Assembly: GCF_001194135.2 (NCBI RefSeq)
Contig: NC_068996.1
Location: 13,856,049 to 13,920,048, forward strand
Length of the DNA stretch: 64,000 nucleotides
Direction of reading: 5' to 3'
From: Octopus bimaculoides
Lineage: Eukaryota
The notes below the pieces were generated by a model, which worked only from the letters and a program-made list of their open reading frames with translations, was not told where the DNA came from and did no database searches. Below, in pieces: positions 1 through 13,388 of this stretch. A program made the translations under genes and the position numbers. The stretch's first letter is position 1. The number at the start of each line of letters is the position of its first letter.

Positions 1-950
1 AAGGACAGCGTCAAAAGAAATAAATGATGTAGAAAGCCTATGAACTGCAAATGAATGGGTGGCACAAAATTGCATGATATTTCAAGAACGGGGACCCGAA
101 TCTTGAAGACGAAGCATGGTCAGTGAGACTTTCTGTTGTAGAAGACAAGACCTAACCTTGAAACGGTTGAACAAGCACAAGCACTAATATATGGTAAGCC
201 GAACTTGGTCCTTCACAAAGCATCATCAATAAACACTTCCGTAAGCAAGATCTTGTGAACAGACTCTATTGAGAAGCTCCTCATGAGCTGACCAATGACC
301 AGGCTCAGCGATGTATGAACATTTTCGGATAACCACAAGCAAATCCCCACCCTCCCGGCTGTTGGCGTCGAATTTCAACAGGGTTTTTAAATAGATATAT
401 TTTCGTAATCCTAGCAAAAGAAATTAATGGCTTCGTTCCAGCAAAGCTTCAGAATCATTTGTCTTGCAAAGGTTGCTTTAGCAGAAGGTTATGTTGTGTG
501 TTTGGTTGAACGCTAACCTTTATACTCAACAACTGCAGCGAGTATATAAAGCCTGCTACCCGTCATAGGTTAAACGAAGACGGGCAAGCGTACAGTATGA
601 CAATGCCCCAGTACGCTTGCTAATGTAACTAAGCGCAAACCTGAGAAACTTAAAGACCTACAATTGCTGCCTTGCGCTGCCTACAATCCAGAACTTGCAC
701 CATCGGATTATTACTTTTTCCGAGCTATAGCTCATTGCCTGCAAAGACAAAAGTTCAACAACGTAGATAAGGATGAAGGGAATGTTTTGCCACTAAACAA
801 GCTTAAGAACCGAGCTGCTGACAAAATGTTGTCAACAGAGAATACAATCTGACGGGTTATATTTTGATGGATAAACGCTTCTCGCATATAACTTCTTCGA
901 ACTATTAATTAAAACTTGAAATATGAAAAACCTTTGACTCAACTTAATAC
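1..950 (+). mobile_element. Decayed mariner (DD34D) transposon, cut by the window edge
   Basis: Frameshifted transposase remnants including YNPELAPSDYYFFRAIAHCL (YSPDLAPSD motif) at 664-852, and a TIR-like end ...caacttaata near 950. Confidence 0.8.
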
Positions 951-1658
951 ATGATGCCTAGGCTCGAGGGAAACAGGACAAGTAAAGGATTGATTAAAGC
1001 AAGGCGATCTATCCATTATATCTGAAAAATATATGTAAATCTTCATATTAAGACATACAGTCATAGCAAATTTATCTATTTCTCCGTAGAATGAAAAATA
1101 TGATGAACATGCTTAATCGGTTTCGAACCTTACTGGGGTGTCATAAGAGGTATCAACATCACTTTAGGAATCCCAGAGAAACAAACCGTCAGTCTATTCA
1201 ATAAATCCAGTTGCATCAAAGAATTCGAGCTGCTCAACTTGCATAAGGTAAGTGCTAAACATTTTATTTCTATCGGTGGCCAGTCAACAGGGATCTCATA
1301 TCACACATTATCAAGGTATGATATAATATATGTAAGCCTACCTAGTAGACATAGGAATATGGCAAATTTAACTAGTTGTCCGTGAGCAAATTTCGTGATT
1401 TCGTTTGTAATTTTTTTATTCTATCCAGACGGATAATAAAATAGAAAATGAAATATATATACACGAAAACAGAATATAATAATAAAAAAAAAGAAATGAT
1501 ATAGAAATGACAATATATCAAGACTAGAAATCACAGAGGATAATATAGGAGTACAAACATAAAAAATATACATAGATCAATACATCGATTATAAATCGAA
1601 GTCCTTTCATATGCTCTCGTCTTCCAAAGAGTGTGATAGTATTAAGCCACATTTTCTC

Positions 1659-1708
1659 TCACATTTTCTGATATGTTTTTGTAATTTTTGGTATTTTCGA
1701 GCTGTCTC
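1659..1708 (-). CDS. Candidate terminal coding exon of the carboxypeptidase (unverified)
   Basis: Strong acceptor ttttttttccaccag. In phase 1 it reads (R)DSSKIPKITKTYQKM-stop, and AATAAA lies downstream on the minus strand (1415-1420). There is no homology support; 939-1021 is an alternative candidate. Confidence 0.3.
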
Positions 1709-1744
1709 CTGGTGGAAAAAAAACAACTCACATCTATGAGCAAG

Positions 1745-2450
<706 letters not shown>

Positions 2451-3291
2451 NNNNNNNNNNNNNNNNNNNNNNNNNNNNNNNNNNNNNNNNNNNNNNNNNN
2501 NNNNNNNNNNNNNNNNNNNNNNNNNNNNNNNNNNNNNNNNNNNNNNNNNNNNNNNNNNNNNNNNNNNNNNNNNNNNNNNNNNNNNNNNNNNNNNNNNNNN
2601 NNNNNNNNNNNNNNNNNNNNNNNNNNNNNNNNNNNNNNNNNNNNNNNNNNNNNNNNNNNNNNNNNNNNNNNNNNNNNNNNNNNNNNNNNNNNNNNNNNNN
2701 NNNNNNNNNNNNNNNNNNNNNNNNNNNNNNNNNNNNNNNNNNNNNNNNNNNNNNNNNNNNNNNNNNNNNNNNNNNNNNNNNNNNNNNNNNNNNNNNNNNN
2801 NNNNNNNNNNNNNNNNNNNNNNNNNNNNNNNNNNNNNNNNNNNNNNNNNNNNNNNNNNNNNNNNNNNNNNNNNNNNNNNNNNNNNNNNNNNNNNNNNNNN
2901 NNNNNNNNNNNNNNNNNNNNNNNNNNNNNNNNNNNNNNNNNNNNNNNNNNNNNNNNNNNNNNNATATATATATATATATATATAGTTTCTGTCTACGAAT
3001 GTACTCCTCACAAAGCTTTGATCGGCCTATGGGATTTATAGACACCTACCCAAGGTACCATACTGTAGTAGGACTGAAATGGCAACCAAGTTATTGGAAA
3101 GTAAGCCTTTTACCCCGGCACTTATAATCGCATACAGGCTGGCACACACATACACATACACAAATACACACGCACTTACACATACAGATCCATACTCGCA
3201 AGTAGAATAAGATGTGGTGCGTTATTATTTGGTGTAACTATGATGAGTTAGCTTTTTTATCTGCATTCATTTGTCAATATACAAGTTTATT

Positions 3292-3719
3292 AAGGCGGCC
3301 AGCTAACAGAAACGTTACCCCGCCGGGCGAAATGCTTAGCAGTATTTCGTCTGCCGTTACGTTCTGAGTTCAAAGTCCGCCGTTACGTTCTGAGTCGAAA
3401 TTTTCGGGGTCGATAAATTAAGTACTAGTTACGTTCTGGGTTCGATGTAATTGACTTAATCCCTTCGTCTGTCCTTCTTTGTCCCCTCTATGTTTAGCCC
3501 CTTGTGGGCAATAAACGAAGAAGAAACGTTAGCACGCCGGACGAAATGCTTAGCAGTATTTCGTCTGTCTTTACGTTCTGAGTTCAAATTCCACCGACGC
3601 CGACTTTACCTTTCATCTTCTCGCGGTCGATAAATTAAGTACCAGTTGTGAACTGGGATCGATCGAATCGACTGGGCACCTCACCAAAAATTTCGGGCCT
3701 TGTGCCTAGAGTAGAAAAG
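3292..3719 (+). mobile_element. Dimeric tRNA-derived SINE (Meta-domain-like family) with 16-bp TSD
   Basis: Pol III A/B-box head (ggcggc.agct..cagaa...gttcaaattcc) and core ctttcatc.ttt.ggggtcgataaattaagtac. Two units with different tails; aatatacaagtttatt at 3276-3291 and 3720-3735. Confidence 0.85.
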
Positions 3720-4430
3720 AATATACAAGTTTATTGTATAAAACTGAACCTATTTACTAATGCAAACATGAACGCATTCCTTGTGTACTGAAATTAATAC
3801 TATACGAAGAAGGTTGCGAAACGGCCGTAATCCTATGGAAGTCACGTGGTTAAATAAATAAATAAATAAATATATATATATTCACTTCTCATACCTCCTG
3901 ATTTTATTGTTCAATGCTACACGCACACACACACACATGCACGCACACACACACACGCACGCACACACACACACATACAAACACACGCACACATACATTC
4001 ATATACATACTTACAAACACAATCATACACACATTTATATGTATATATCTGTATGTGTGTTTATGTACGTGGAACCTCACACCGTGGTAAACTGCCAAAA
4101 ATCGTGATTAAAAAGACGTTAGCATAACAGTATCCAAACCTAACTGCTACTTCGTTTGGGGCTTAAAGCTTGACAAGAAATCGATAGATAGGTTTTCGTC
4201 ATATAAGAGGGAAAAATCGATATAATCGATACACAGGTAAGACAAGACAATCTGCAACTAGCAAGGAGAGCATGAAACCTAATGTCTCTCTCTGCCTGTG
4301 AGGCTGTTTGCCTCCAGGTATATTTATTACAATATGTTCGTATATAATGTATGTATATGTACATGTGTATGTATGTACGAATGAATAAGCGTTTGTATGC
4401 ATGAACAGATGCATTTTCGAATATGCATTT

Positions 4431-4476
<46 letters not shown>

Positions 4477-5119
4477 CATGTACAAGTGTGTGCGTGTCTG
4501 TGTATGAATGTGTGTATGTATGCGTGTGTTTATGTGTGTATGTGTATGCAAGTATATTATGTATGTATATATGTTTGTAGTTATCTATTTTATATACATA
4601 TATGTGTGTGCGTGGTGTGTATCTGTATGTCTATGAATATGTCTATGTATGTTCATAACATTTTGTTATATTATTTATATCTATATGTATATTTATTCTA
4701 TATGTATCTCGCCCCTCCCTCTCTTTCTACCCACATTCACACATACACTGACATATATACGTACATACATATATACGTACATACATACGTGCGTATATAC
4801 AGTAATAGTTCACTTGTGGTTGCTCTCGTCCCTTTCATTCTAACACTAATCCTACAAACACCCAAGAAACAATCGAGAAAATATATTTCCACCCGGTTCA
4901 ATCTAATGATCCAGTTCCATCTATTAGTTTGTTTGATTCATTGGACTGCAGCTATTGTGTAGCTCTACCTTGAAGTGTTTAATTAAACCAATTGACTTTA
5001 ATTAAACCAATTATATATTTTTTTACGCTCTCTTTACGCAAACCGCTAAATTATGAGGATGTAAAAAAGTTCTCATCTCCTTTCTAGGAGGTTTCAGTAA
5101 AGAAATTAAACATCGAGAA

Positions 5120-6480
5120 TATAGCATTAAATAATAAATGGATTTTATTATTTTTAAATCGTACACTGCGTTATCGAAATTCTTAAAGCCTTACTACATT
5201 TTTCACTCTTTTCATTTCTTGTTTCTATCCCTGATCGTTCATTTCTTTGCTGAAATATCCACTGTACATATTGAGGGCTTCGTATGATGAATAGCAATAA
5301 GAAATATTGCCTCCCACTAATGCACATCTGTAGTAATGTGTTTACATAGTTTATTAATGGTGGAATGTGCAATTATATATATGTATAATGGGAAAAAAAT
5401 GTTATCTATACCATAATAGAGAAAACGGCTTAATAATTAGTTGGAATTATGTAACTCTTATTTAAGGAAAACGATTTTTAAAGTCTTTATTGTGTAGAAA
5501 ATTCTTAAAAAATTCCAGTTTTGTTGTCTTGATAAAAATAATATTTTGAAGTATCTTTTCAAATAAATGATATCTTTAACACACTGTGAGATTATATTTT
5601 CTAAACTGTCACACTGTTAGATAGGAATTATTAGTTTCATTGCCCTCTCTCTTTCTCTTTCTCTGTCTTTCTCTCTTTCCATTTCTCTCTGTCTATCTAT
5701 CTTCTCCTCTCTCTTTTTTTTTACTTCATTTCTTACTTATTGCTACATTCAGTTTCTTTACTGAAACCTCCAACGTTCGTGTTATCGTAGTTCATATGAA
5801 GAACGGGGATGAAAAAAAAGTATCTCTATGCAATTATAGTTGTGTGTTTATATAGGTCTTAATGCTAGAATGTACAAATATATATCGACGGAAAAGAAAT
5901 ACTATCTATATTATAATGAAGAAAGTCACTTATTAATTAGTTGGATTTATGAAACTTTCACTTTAAAAAAAGTAATTATTAGAGCCTCCATTGTGTAGGA
6001 TATTCTTAAAAATTCCAATCTTAATATTTCTTATCAAAATGCGGCTTTCATATTTCTTTTCAGCTAAACGATTAATTTTAATTCACTGTGAGATACCATT
6101 TTTAAAATGCGGCATAGCCTTCTTAATGCCTTCCTGTCTTCTCTCCCTCTCTCTCTCTCTCTCTCTCTTCATTTCTTAATTGTTTCTATGTTACCGATAG
6201 TTAATTTCCTTGCTGAAACATACACTAATAGTGTTATCATAGTTCATATGATGAACGAAAATAAACAATTATCACATCTCATCTCTGTCCATCTATACTT
6301 GCGTGTTTATATAGGTTATTAATACTAAAATGTGTAAATATATCTAGCGATAAACAAGTGTTATCTGTACTAAAATAAAGAAAGCTGCTTGCTCTTTAGT
6401 TGGAATTATACAACTTTTACTAAAAGAAAGCAGTTATTAATGTCTCGATTGTGCAGAAAATTCTTTAAAATATGAATTTT
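5120..6480. repeat. Old tandem triplication of a ~450-500-bp AT-rich unit
   Basis: Recurring ctgaaa..., gtttatatagg, attagttgga.ttat and ttgtg.aga..attctt motifs at about 5250, 5760 and 6210. Confidence 0.65.
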
Positions 6481-6725
6481 TATACAACGGAAAAGAAAAC
6501 AACTTATACAACCAAATGTGTTAGAATATTGTGTAATACAGTTTATAGATACACTGACCTAAGAAGAGATCCTGAAACGATGAAAGGCAAAGTCGACTAC
6601 TTCGTTATCTTAACTCAGAAGACAGAGCAGGAAGAAATGTTTAGCAACGTTTTCTCTGCCACGGTAAGGATTCAACTAGCTCGCTGCCATTTTTAATAAT
6701 AATAATAATAATAATAATAGTAATA

Positions 6726-6790
<65 letters not shown>

Positions 6791-6872
6791 AGATAACACT
6801 AGATATCAAATGGCACTCTTCTTTTAATTTTGACTCTATATCTTCAGGAGGAGTTACCTCAATCCTTTCTAT

Positions 6873-6974
<102 letters not shown>

Positions 6975-6999
6975 CCCTTCTATTAAAGCACAAGACCTG

Positions 7000-7230
7000 A
7001 TATTTTGGGACAAGAAAAAAGAGGTAAGTCAGCAGGGATAGACTCATTACTTGCTTACCACCACTATGTGGAACTATTAACCGATCTTATAGCATATGAA
7101 ATATTTAATATTCTGAAAAAGGGGAATTTATTGCCGAAATGAACAAAAAGGATGTTGGAAGAAATCAAGTGGAACTGCTGATCTACTCATACTCATATAC
7201 ATGGAGGAATATTAAACGAGGTACGAGTAA
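7000..7230 (+). mobile_element. R4/R2-type non-LTR retrotransposon RT fragment
   Basis: Degenerate, frameshifted RPITCLPTMWK...NLLP..QKGC motif directly after an (AAT)n array. Confidence 0.6.
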
Positions 7231-7241
7231 GAAAGAAAAAA

Positions 7242-7502
7242 TTAAATGCTACATGAATATACATTGAATCCAAGTATGGATTTTGATGTGAAGTCACAAT
7301 AAGGATACTGATGGTTTTGATTTTGCTTGGGATTTGACAAATATGTTTGTTGATTGCAGGACATGGTTCTTTTATGGTTCTTTTTCTTCAACACAAATTG
7401 TTTAGATGCATCATGACACATTTTACACCACTTAGATCTATCTAAGCAATAACTTTCCCAAGATGTCAGATTAAGCTGTAGGGATTTTAATGATTGTTTC
7501 AA
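7242..7502 (-). mobile_element. RTE-clade LINE 3' fragment
   Basis: KQSLKSLQLNLTSWESYCLDRSKWCKMCHDASKQF resembles the RTE ORF C-terminus (WE.LA.DR..W). Confidence 0.6.
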
Positions 7503-7609
7503 ATTACCCTTATACCTAAGGATGGGGCTTCCTTTATCACGGAACCCCTCTACTTGTTATCCATAGAATGTTTGAAATGCAATTATCTTGCATTCAAATT
7601 CTCAGCAGC

Positions 7610-7702
<93 letters not shown>

Positions 7703-7709
7703 GTAGTAA

Positions 7710-7752
<43 letters not shown>

Positions 7753-7887
7753 AATATGAGGGTTCTAAGAACATGAAAGACTGCCAAAAATGTGTGAACA
7801 CCTAAGGTTATTGGAGGAGGTAACCCGCTACCCACAAAAATTCTGCTAGTAATAAGACCAAACCTGAGCTTTGTTTCTATAATAATG

Positions 7888-7960
<73 letters not shown>

Positions 7961-8044
7961 GTGAACCATCTTCTTATATTCAATGTGTATCAACTTACAT
8001 ATTATTATTATTATTATTATAAGCACGTTATAAAAATAAAACTA

Positions 8045-8075
<31 letters not shown>

Positions 8076-8121
8076 TGTAAGTTGATACACATTGAATATA
8101 AGATGGTTCACTTTTACTTAC

Positions 8122-8251
8122 TTTTTTGTGATTTCCTTCTGTTTGTTGTTAAACTGTTTCTCCGTGTCAAAACCACATCTAACCGGTGCACTCGTCCAGG
8201 AATCACACGGAACGGTTGAGAAAGGTAATCCCTAAATCCCCGTGCTTTTAC
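8122..8251 (-). CDS. CPM: Carboxypeptidase M-like exon, end of the transthyretin-like domain plus a basic linker
   Basis: Not in the ORF track. Acceptor gttgttgttacag, donor gtaagt, 130 nt, phase 0 to 1. Encodes VKARGFRDYLSQPFRVIPGRVHRLDVVLTRRNSLTTNRRKSQK; VxAxGF is the expected motif after LLPGNY. Confidence 0.85.
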
Positions 8252-9704
8252 CTGTAACAACAACAACAGCAAAGTCAATACCTGATTTATATTTTTTGTC
8301 TTTTATTTGCTGCAGTTATTGGACTGCCGCCATGCAAGGACACCGCTTCGGAATAGTTTAGACTAACGTTTTAACCTTTTTAAGATAACATTTTAAAGCC
8401 TGATACTTATGGCGAATCACTAAGTTATTCGTACGTAAACTAATTGACACCTCTTTTCAAGATGTGGTTGGGGGATAGAAACAAACTTAAAGACACACAC
8501 AGTTTAGGTTACAGGGGATACCTAATTGATCAAGACATGTAAACGTGAAGCACACCGTAAATTAAATAGTCACTATAACACAAAACAGACAGTTAAATAA
8601 TCCATATTTTAGAACGAAATGCATCAGTGTGGGAAGTTCACAATTGTGGGAAGTTCACAATTGTGGGAAGTCCACAGATCCAACAGTATCCAAAATTATC
8701 GAACGATGTATGGAAACTTAAGTCTGTCGTAAAAATACATTAAATACAGACGGATGGATCATCTGGTATTGCTAAAATTGTTTCATTACGAGTTTCTATT
8801 GTGACATAAACCTAATGCAATTAGTTAGAGTAATATGTTGCATAACTCCCAACTCATCAGGCCATCAAATAAACAAGTGAACTGTGGCTTGTTGATTAAT
8901 GAATAGATCATCAACAAGTGAAATTTCTAGTTAGAAATAGCAACCTTTTAGAAATTTAAGATGAATGAGTGTTCCATCTGCCAATCTAGACGGGATGAAT
9001 AGTGGAATAAGGTCGTAAATATTACTCAAGGTTATCAATATCCTGAAGAAATCGTTAAGCTTAGCACCTACGCCAGCAAAGGCCAAACAGTGACAGAATA
9101 TACTTGAATACAGCAGATAGTAGACGCCAAAGATGACATTTAATTCTATCAAAACATGTTCATATCCGCTGCCAATATTGCTCTAAAAAATCATTTATTG
9201 TGCTAAATTACTTTAAATGCAGTTGTACTTCTTCATCCTTTTAGATAATTTTGATGAATGCGTTGTAGAAGAAAATTATCGAACTCATAGAATAATGACA
9301 TTATTTAATGAAAATCCAGCCAAGTTATAATACAAGGTGTATAATTTAGGGCAGAACAACTCATCACCTAAATTCTGTGCGAAATTTTGGAGTTGAGGGA
9401 GGGGAAAGAAAGTCTGAAAAGTAAAAGAAGTAACAGAATCAAAATATGATGAATCAAATAGAGAGAAAAAGTTAGAGAGAAAGTGGTCCGTGCGCATCTA
9501 GCAAATCAAATCACAGGAATTTCCTCGCCCAGGTGTAGAAGGCACATACATGAGGTGTCACGAAGTGAGTCTGAAGCTGAAATCTTGTGATTGAGGAGCA
9601 AACTTGTTTCATGACAGTCACATTTCTTCCTGAAAAGGATGCTTGCAACACGATCGTTTCCAAAAAGGGCATCTGTCTAAGTACTAACAAGGATCCTCAA
9701 AGCA

Positions 9705-10640
9705 ATATCATACACCATACTAACACTACTATACACCATACTAACACCAGCACTATCATACACCACACCAATACTACCATACATCACNNNNNNNNNNNNN
9801 NNNNNNNNNNNNNNNNNNNNNNNNNNNNNNNNNNNNNNNNNNNNNNNNNNNNNNNNNNNNNNNNNNNNNNNNNNNNNNNNNNNNNNNNNNNNNNNNNNNN
9901 NNNNNNNNNNNNNNNNNNNNNNNNNNNNNNNNNNNNNNNNNNNNNNNNNNNNNNNNNNNNNNNNNNNNNNNNNNNNNNNNNNNNNNNNNNNNNNNNNNNN
10001 NNNNNNNNNNNNNNNNNNNNNNNNNNNNNNNNNNNNNNNNNNNNNNNNNNNNNNNNNNNNNNNNNNNNNNNNNNNNNNNNNNNNNNNNNNNNNNNNNNNN
10101 NNNNNNNNNNNNNNNNNNNNNNNNNNNNNNNNNNNNNNNNNNNNNNNNNNNNNNNNNNNNNNNNNNNNNNNNNNNNNNNNNNNNNNNNNNNNNNNNNNNN
10201 NNNNNNNNNNNNNNNNNNNNNNNNNNNACTACCATACACCACACCAACACTACCATACACCACACCAACACTACCATACACCACACCAACACTACCATAC
10301 ACCACACCAACACTAACATACACCTCATCAACACTACCACACACCACACCAACACTAACACATACCATACCATCATATCCTACACCAACATAACCGTACA
10401 CCACACAAGCCACACTAACACTAGCGCACACCACAAAACTAAGAATTCTTGAATACACTATCTTTACATTACAATACAGCACACTAACACTAACACTACA
10501 TAATAATCACATATACCCACACTAAAACTTTCATACGCAACAACAACGTTTCTATATACCACACCAAAACCGCTATACACCACCCGAACATTACGACGTA
10601 CGAAACCACTCAACCTGTGCAACATTATAACCATTATTAC
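9705..10640 (+). repeat. 21-bp minisatellite (ctaccatacaccacaccaaca) spanning an assembly gap, degenerating to the right
   Basis: Gives the repeated LPYTTPT translation at 10228-10330. Confidence 0.85.
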
Positions 10641-10799
10641 CATACATCACGCTGAAAGAACAGATATTTTCCTTACTGGAAGTACTTACCTTCATATCAT
10701 TTAATACATCTTTTCTCTTGATATTTTAGATTATAATTCAACTATTCACTGAAAACTGGTGTTAATGTCTGAATAGGTGAATTCGAATATATCTCTTAC

Positions 10800-10942
10800 C
10801 TTTAATATATAGTTACCGGGTAGTAATAACCGCCAATATTCTCCAAATTTTGAGGACCGAAAAGTTATATATCTGTCGTCAATACTAAGTTTAGCTCTGA
10901 AAACTGGGTTCCCGCTTTCATCCATAATAAGGCCTTTTACAC
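10800..10942 (-). CDS. CPM: Carboxypeptidase M-like exon, start of the transthyretin-like domain
   Basis: Acceptor ttttatcttcatag, donor gtaaga, 143 nt, phase 1 to 0. Encodes (G)VKGLIMDESGNPVFRAKLSIDDRYITFRSSKFGEYWRLLLPGNYILK. Confidence 0.95.
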
Positions 10943-10989
10943 CTATGAAGATAAAAAAGGAAGATATGATAAGGTTACTTTCGAATGTC

Positions 10990-11400
10990 ACGAACATCCA
11001 TCAATCCATCCGTCTTATCCGACTACTGTTCCTGGGAGGTTCATGTGGCAGTTCTTAGGTATCTGCTTTATGGGGTTCTGTCCGAAGCAACAGACTCTAG
11101 ACTTTCCGGCTGAAATTCAAGTGTGATTACATAAACCTTTAGATATTTACCATTTCTCTTGTTCTCGGTTTATCCCTAGATTTCCTGCTCGTTCTAATCA
11201 AACGTCCATGGCAGCGAAGTTAAGACCTCTCTAATTGGAGAAATAACAATTGGACCTGGACAGACTCTTATCTTCGAACTATACACCTTGTCGAATAATA
11301 TTACTCCGGTATCACTCCCATGAATTCCACTTAAGTCACTTGTATTCACGTTTGTTCTCTTTTGTTCGAGATATATCAATGTAAATACAAAATGCCTTGA
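10990..11400 (-). mobile_element. RTE/Expander-like LINE 3' fragment with (GATG)n tail
   Basis: Shares cagccggaaagt...gataggaacc/gacagaacc and tcgaagata(a)gagt with 46400-46960. Confidence 0.55.
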
Positions 11401-11697
11401 ATTTAGCAACGTTTACAATCTTTTATTGAAATTCTTAGCTGAAGCACAAAGTATTGTAATAAATTATTATTTAAACTTGTTCTCACAGGCGCAGATATGG
11501 CAATCGAGTATTGTTGTTTGTTAGTGAAGAAGCTCGCTTTTCCGTGACGTGATATTGTTCAGCTTCACTGCATAGTACCTCACACAAGTATATTTTAAAA
11601 TTTCACATGGTCGACCATGGCTTATGAGTGAATTTGATAGGTCGAAACTATGTGGAAGTCTGTCGTGTGCGTTTGTCACTTCTAACATTTGACCACT

Positions 11698-11925
11698 TAT
11701 GTTGGTGTGGTGTATGGTAGTGTTGGTGTTGTGTAATTTAGTGTTGGTGTGATGCATGGTAGTGTTGGTGTAGTGTATGATAGTGTTGGTGTAGCATACG
11801 GTAGTGTTGGTATGATGTATGGTAGTGTTTGGTAGTGTTTGTGTTATGTATGGTTGTATTGGTGTGGTGTATGGTAGTGTTGATGTGGGCAAGCCACTTA
11901 TGGTGTGTGCAAGCCATTTATGTTG
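11698..11925 (-). repeat. Same 21-bp minisatellite in inverted orientation
   Basis: (tgttggtgtggtgtatggtag)n units, the reverse complement of the 9705-10400 array. Confidence 0.85.
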
Positions 11926-12776
11926 GCTTGTTCACGACTTCTTTCAAGGGCTGGATTAGTCAGTAACCTAAACCCTGCGAAACATTTGTAATTACAGCAG
12001 CTTTAGCTTGCAGATTAGCTGGTGATCCAAACATTTATTGTAAAGTACATGAGGTCACAACTCAGCCAGTGATGCCCAGGAGACAGACAGGTCAAGTGTT
12101 ACAACATGTGTGAACGTGCTAACAGAACGAAAGATGGTCTAGAGGATCCCCCTCGTGCATTTGATCGTGCAAGGTTTAATAAAAGCGTGGCTTCCCATTT
12201 ATCTACATCTATCACCTTCTGGCAAGAAGGTGAAATCGACTCATGAAATCGTACATATACGTTCAGACACTCAAATACATGAGTCTTTCACCTCAACATA
12301 TTTTTTTACTGTAATTTTATATCTCCGCGGATTTCCTTTGGTGTAATTAAATTTACTATTGTTCTGCTCATTTTAGTATCAGATTTCAACGGTTGAAGAT
12401 GTAACCAAATTTATTGCAAGATCTTCAATACCGATTTATGGCTTTACTGACACGCATCACGTTCTTGTGGACAGGAAAAGTAATTTGCAGGTTTAATAAT
12501 CACCTTGAAAACTTAATTGCAAATCTCTGTACTCTATATTCTCTTCACCTCCTGAAATATCTAGACGAAATCAGAGACTCATTGGTAGTACAGTTTAATA
12601 AATTCAAACTACAGTGGTTTACTATGTCTGATTTAGTGATGTACAAATCAATTACTTCAAAGCTATATGCTATAGTCATCGCAGCGGATCAATAAATTAA
12701 TGCTCATGAACTGAGGCTTTTAGTTTAAAACAAAAAAATAATTAAATTATTTAAAAATATTATTATTATTATTATC

Positions 12777-12807
<31 letters not shown>

Positions 12808-12850
12808 ATATCATCATTATCATTATTATTATTATTAGTATCATCATGAA

Positions 12851-12913
<63 letters not shown>

Positions 12914-12926
12914 CATTATTATTATT

Positions 12927-13120
12927 GTGGCGAGTTGTCTGAATTGTTAGCACGCTAGAGGAAAATGCTTTGCGGTCGTGAGTTCAAATTTCACCGAGGT
13001 CGACGTTGCCTTTCATCCTTTAGGGATCGATAAGGATAAGTGCCAGTCGAGTACTGGAATTCATGTCATGGACTTACCATTTCCTGGAGTTGCTGGCCTT
13101 GTGCCAAAATTTGAAATCAT
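12927..13120 (+). mobile_element. tRNA-derived SINE (Meta-like family); other copies at ~6560-6690(-), 41075-41275(+), 47253-47485(+), 49480-49610(-), 52140-52580(-, two), 63680-63790(+)
   Basis: Same head, core and tail motifs as 3292-3719. Confidence 0.8.
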
Positions 13121-13295
13121 TATTACCTCTGTTATTGTACTTTCAAACTAGTGACTGTCTATGCAGCCACCGGGGTAGGACAACCAGACTCTTTTAGACG
13201 TATAGAAACTTTCCTTTAGTACTAGTAGGGAATGGAAATGGTATTTTGGATAAACATATACATATACACACACATATACATATATACAAACACAC

Positions 13296-13388
<93 letters not shown>

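Noticed and set aside
3800-3835. gaagaaggttgcgaaacggccgta, a PLE-type hammerhead remnant
   Set aside because: The CUGA core is lost and stem II is not formed; too degraded to call.
8627-8680. Short 16-bp tandem repeat (tgtgggaagttcacaat) x~3
   Set aside because: There are no spacers and the context is eukaryotic; this is an ordinary micro-duplication, not a CRISPR array.
8931-9152. Hydrophobic 73-aa minus-strand ORF as a possible membrane anchor for the carboxypeptidase
   Set aside because: It lies upstream of the 8251-8122 exon, has no convincing in-frame acceptor, and has no recognisable homology.
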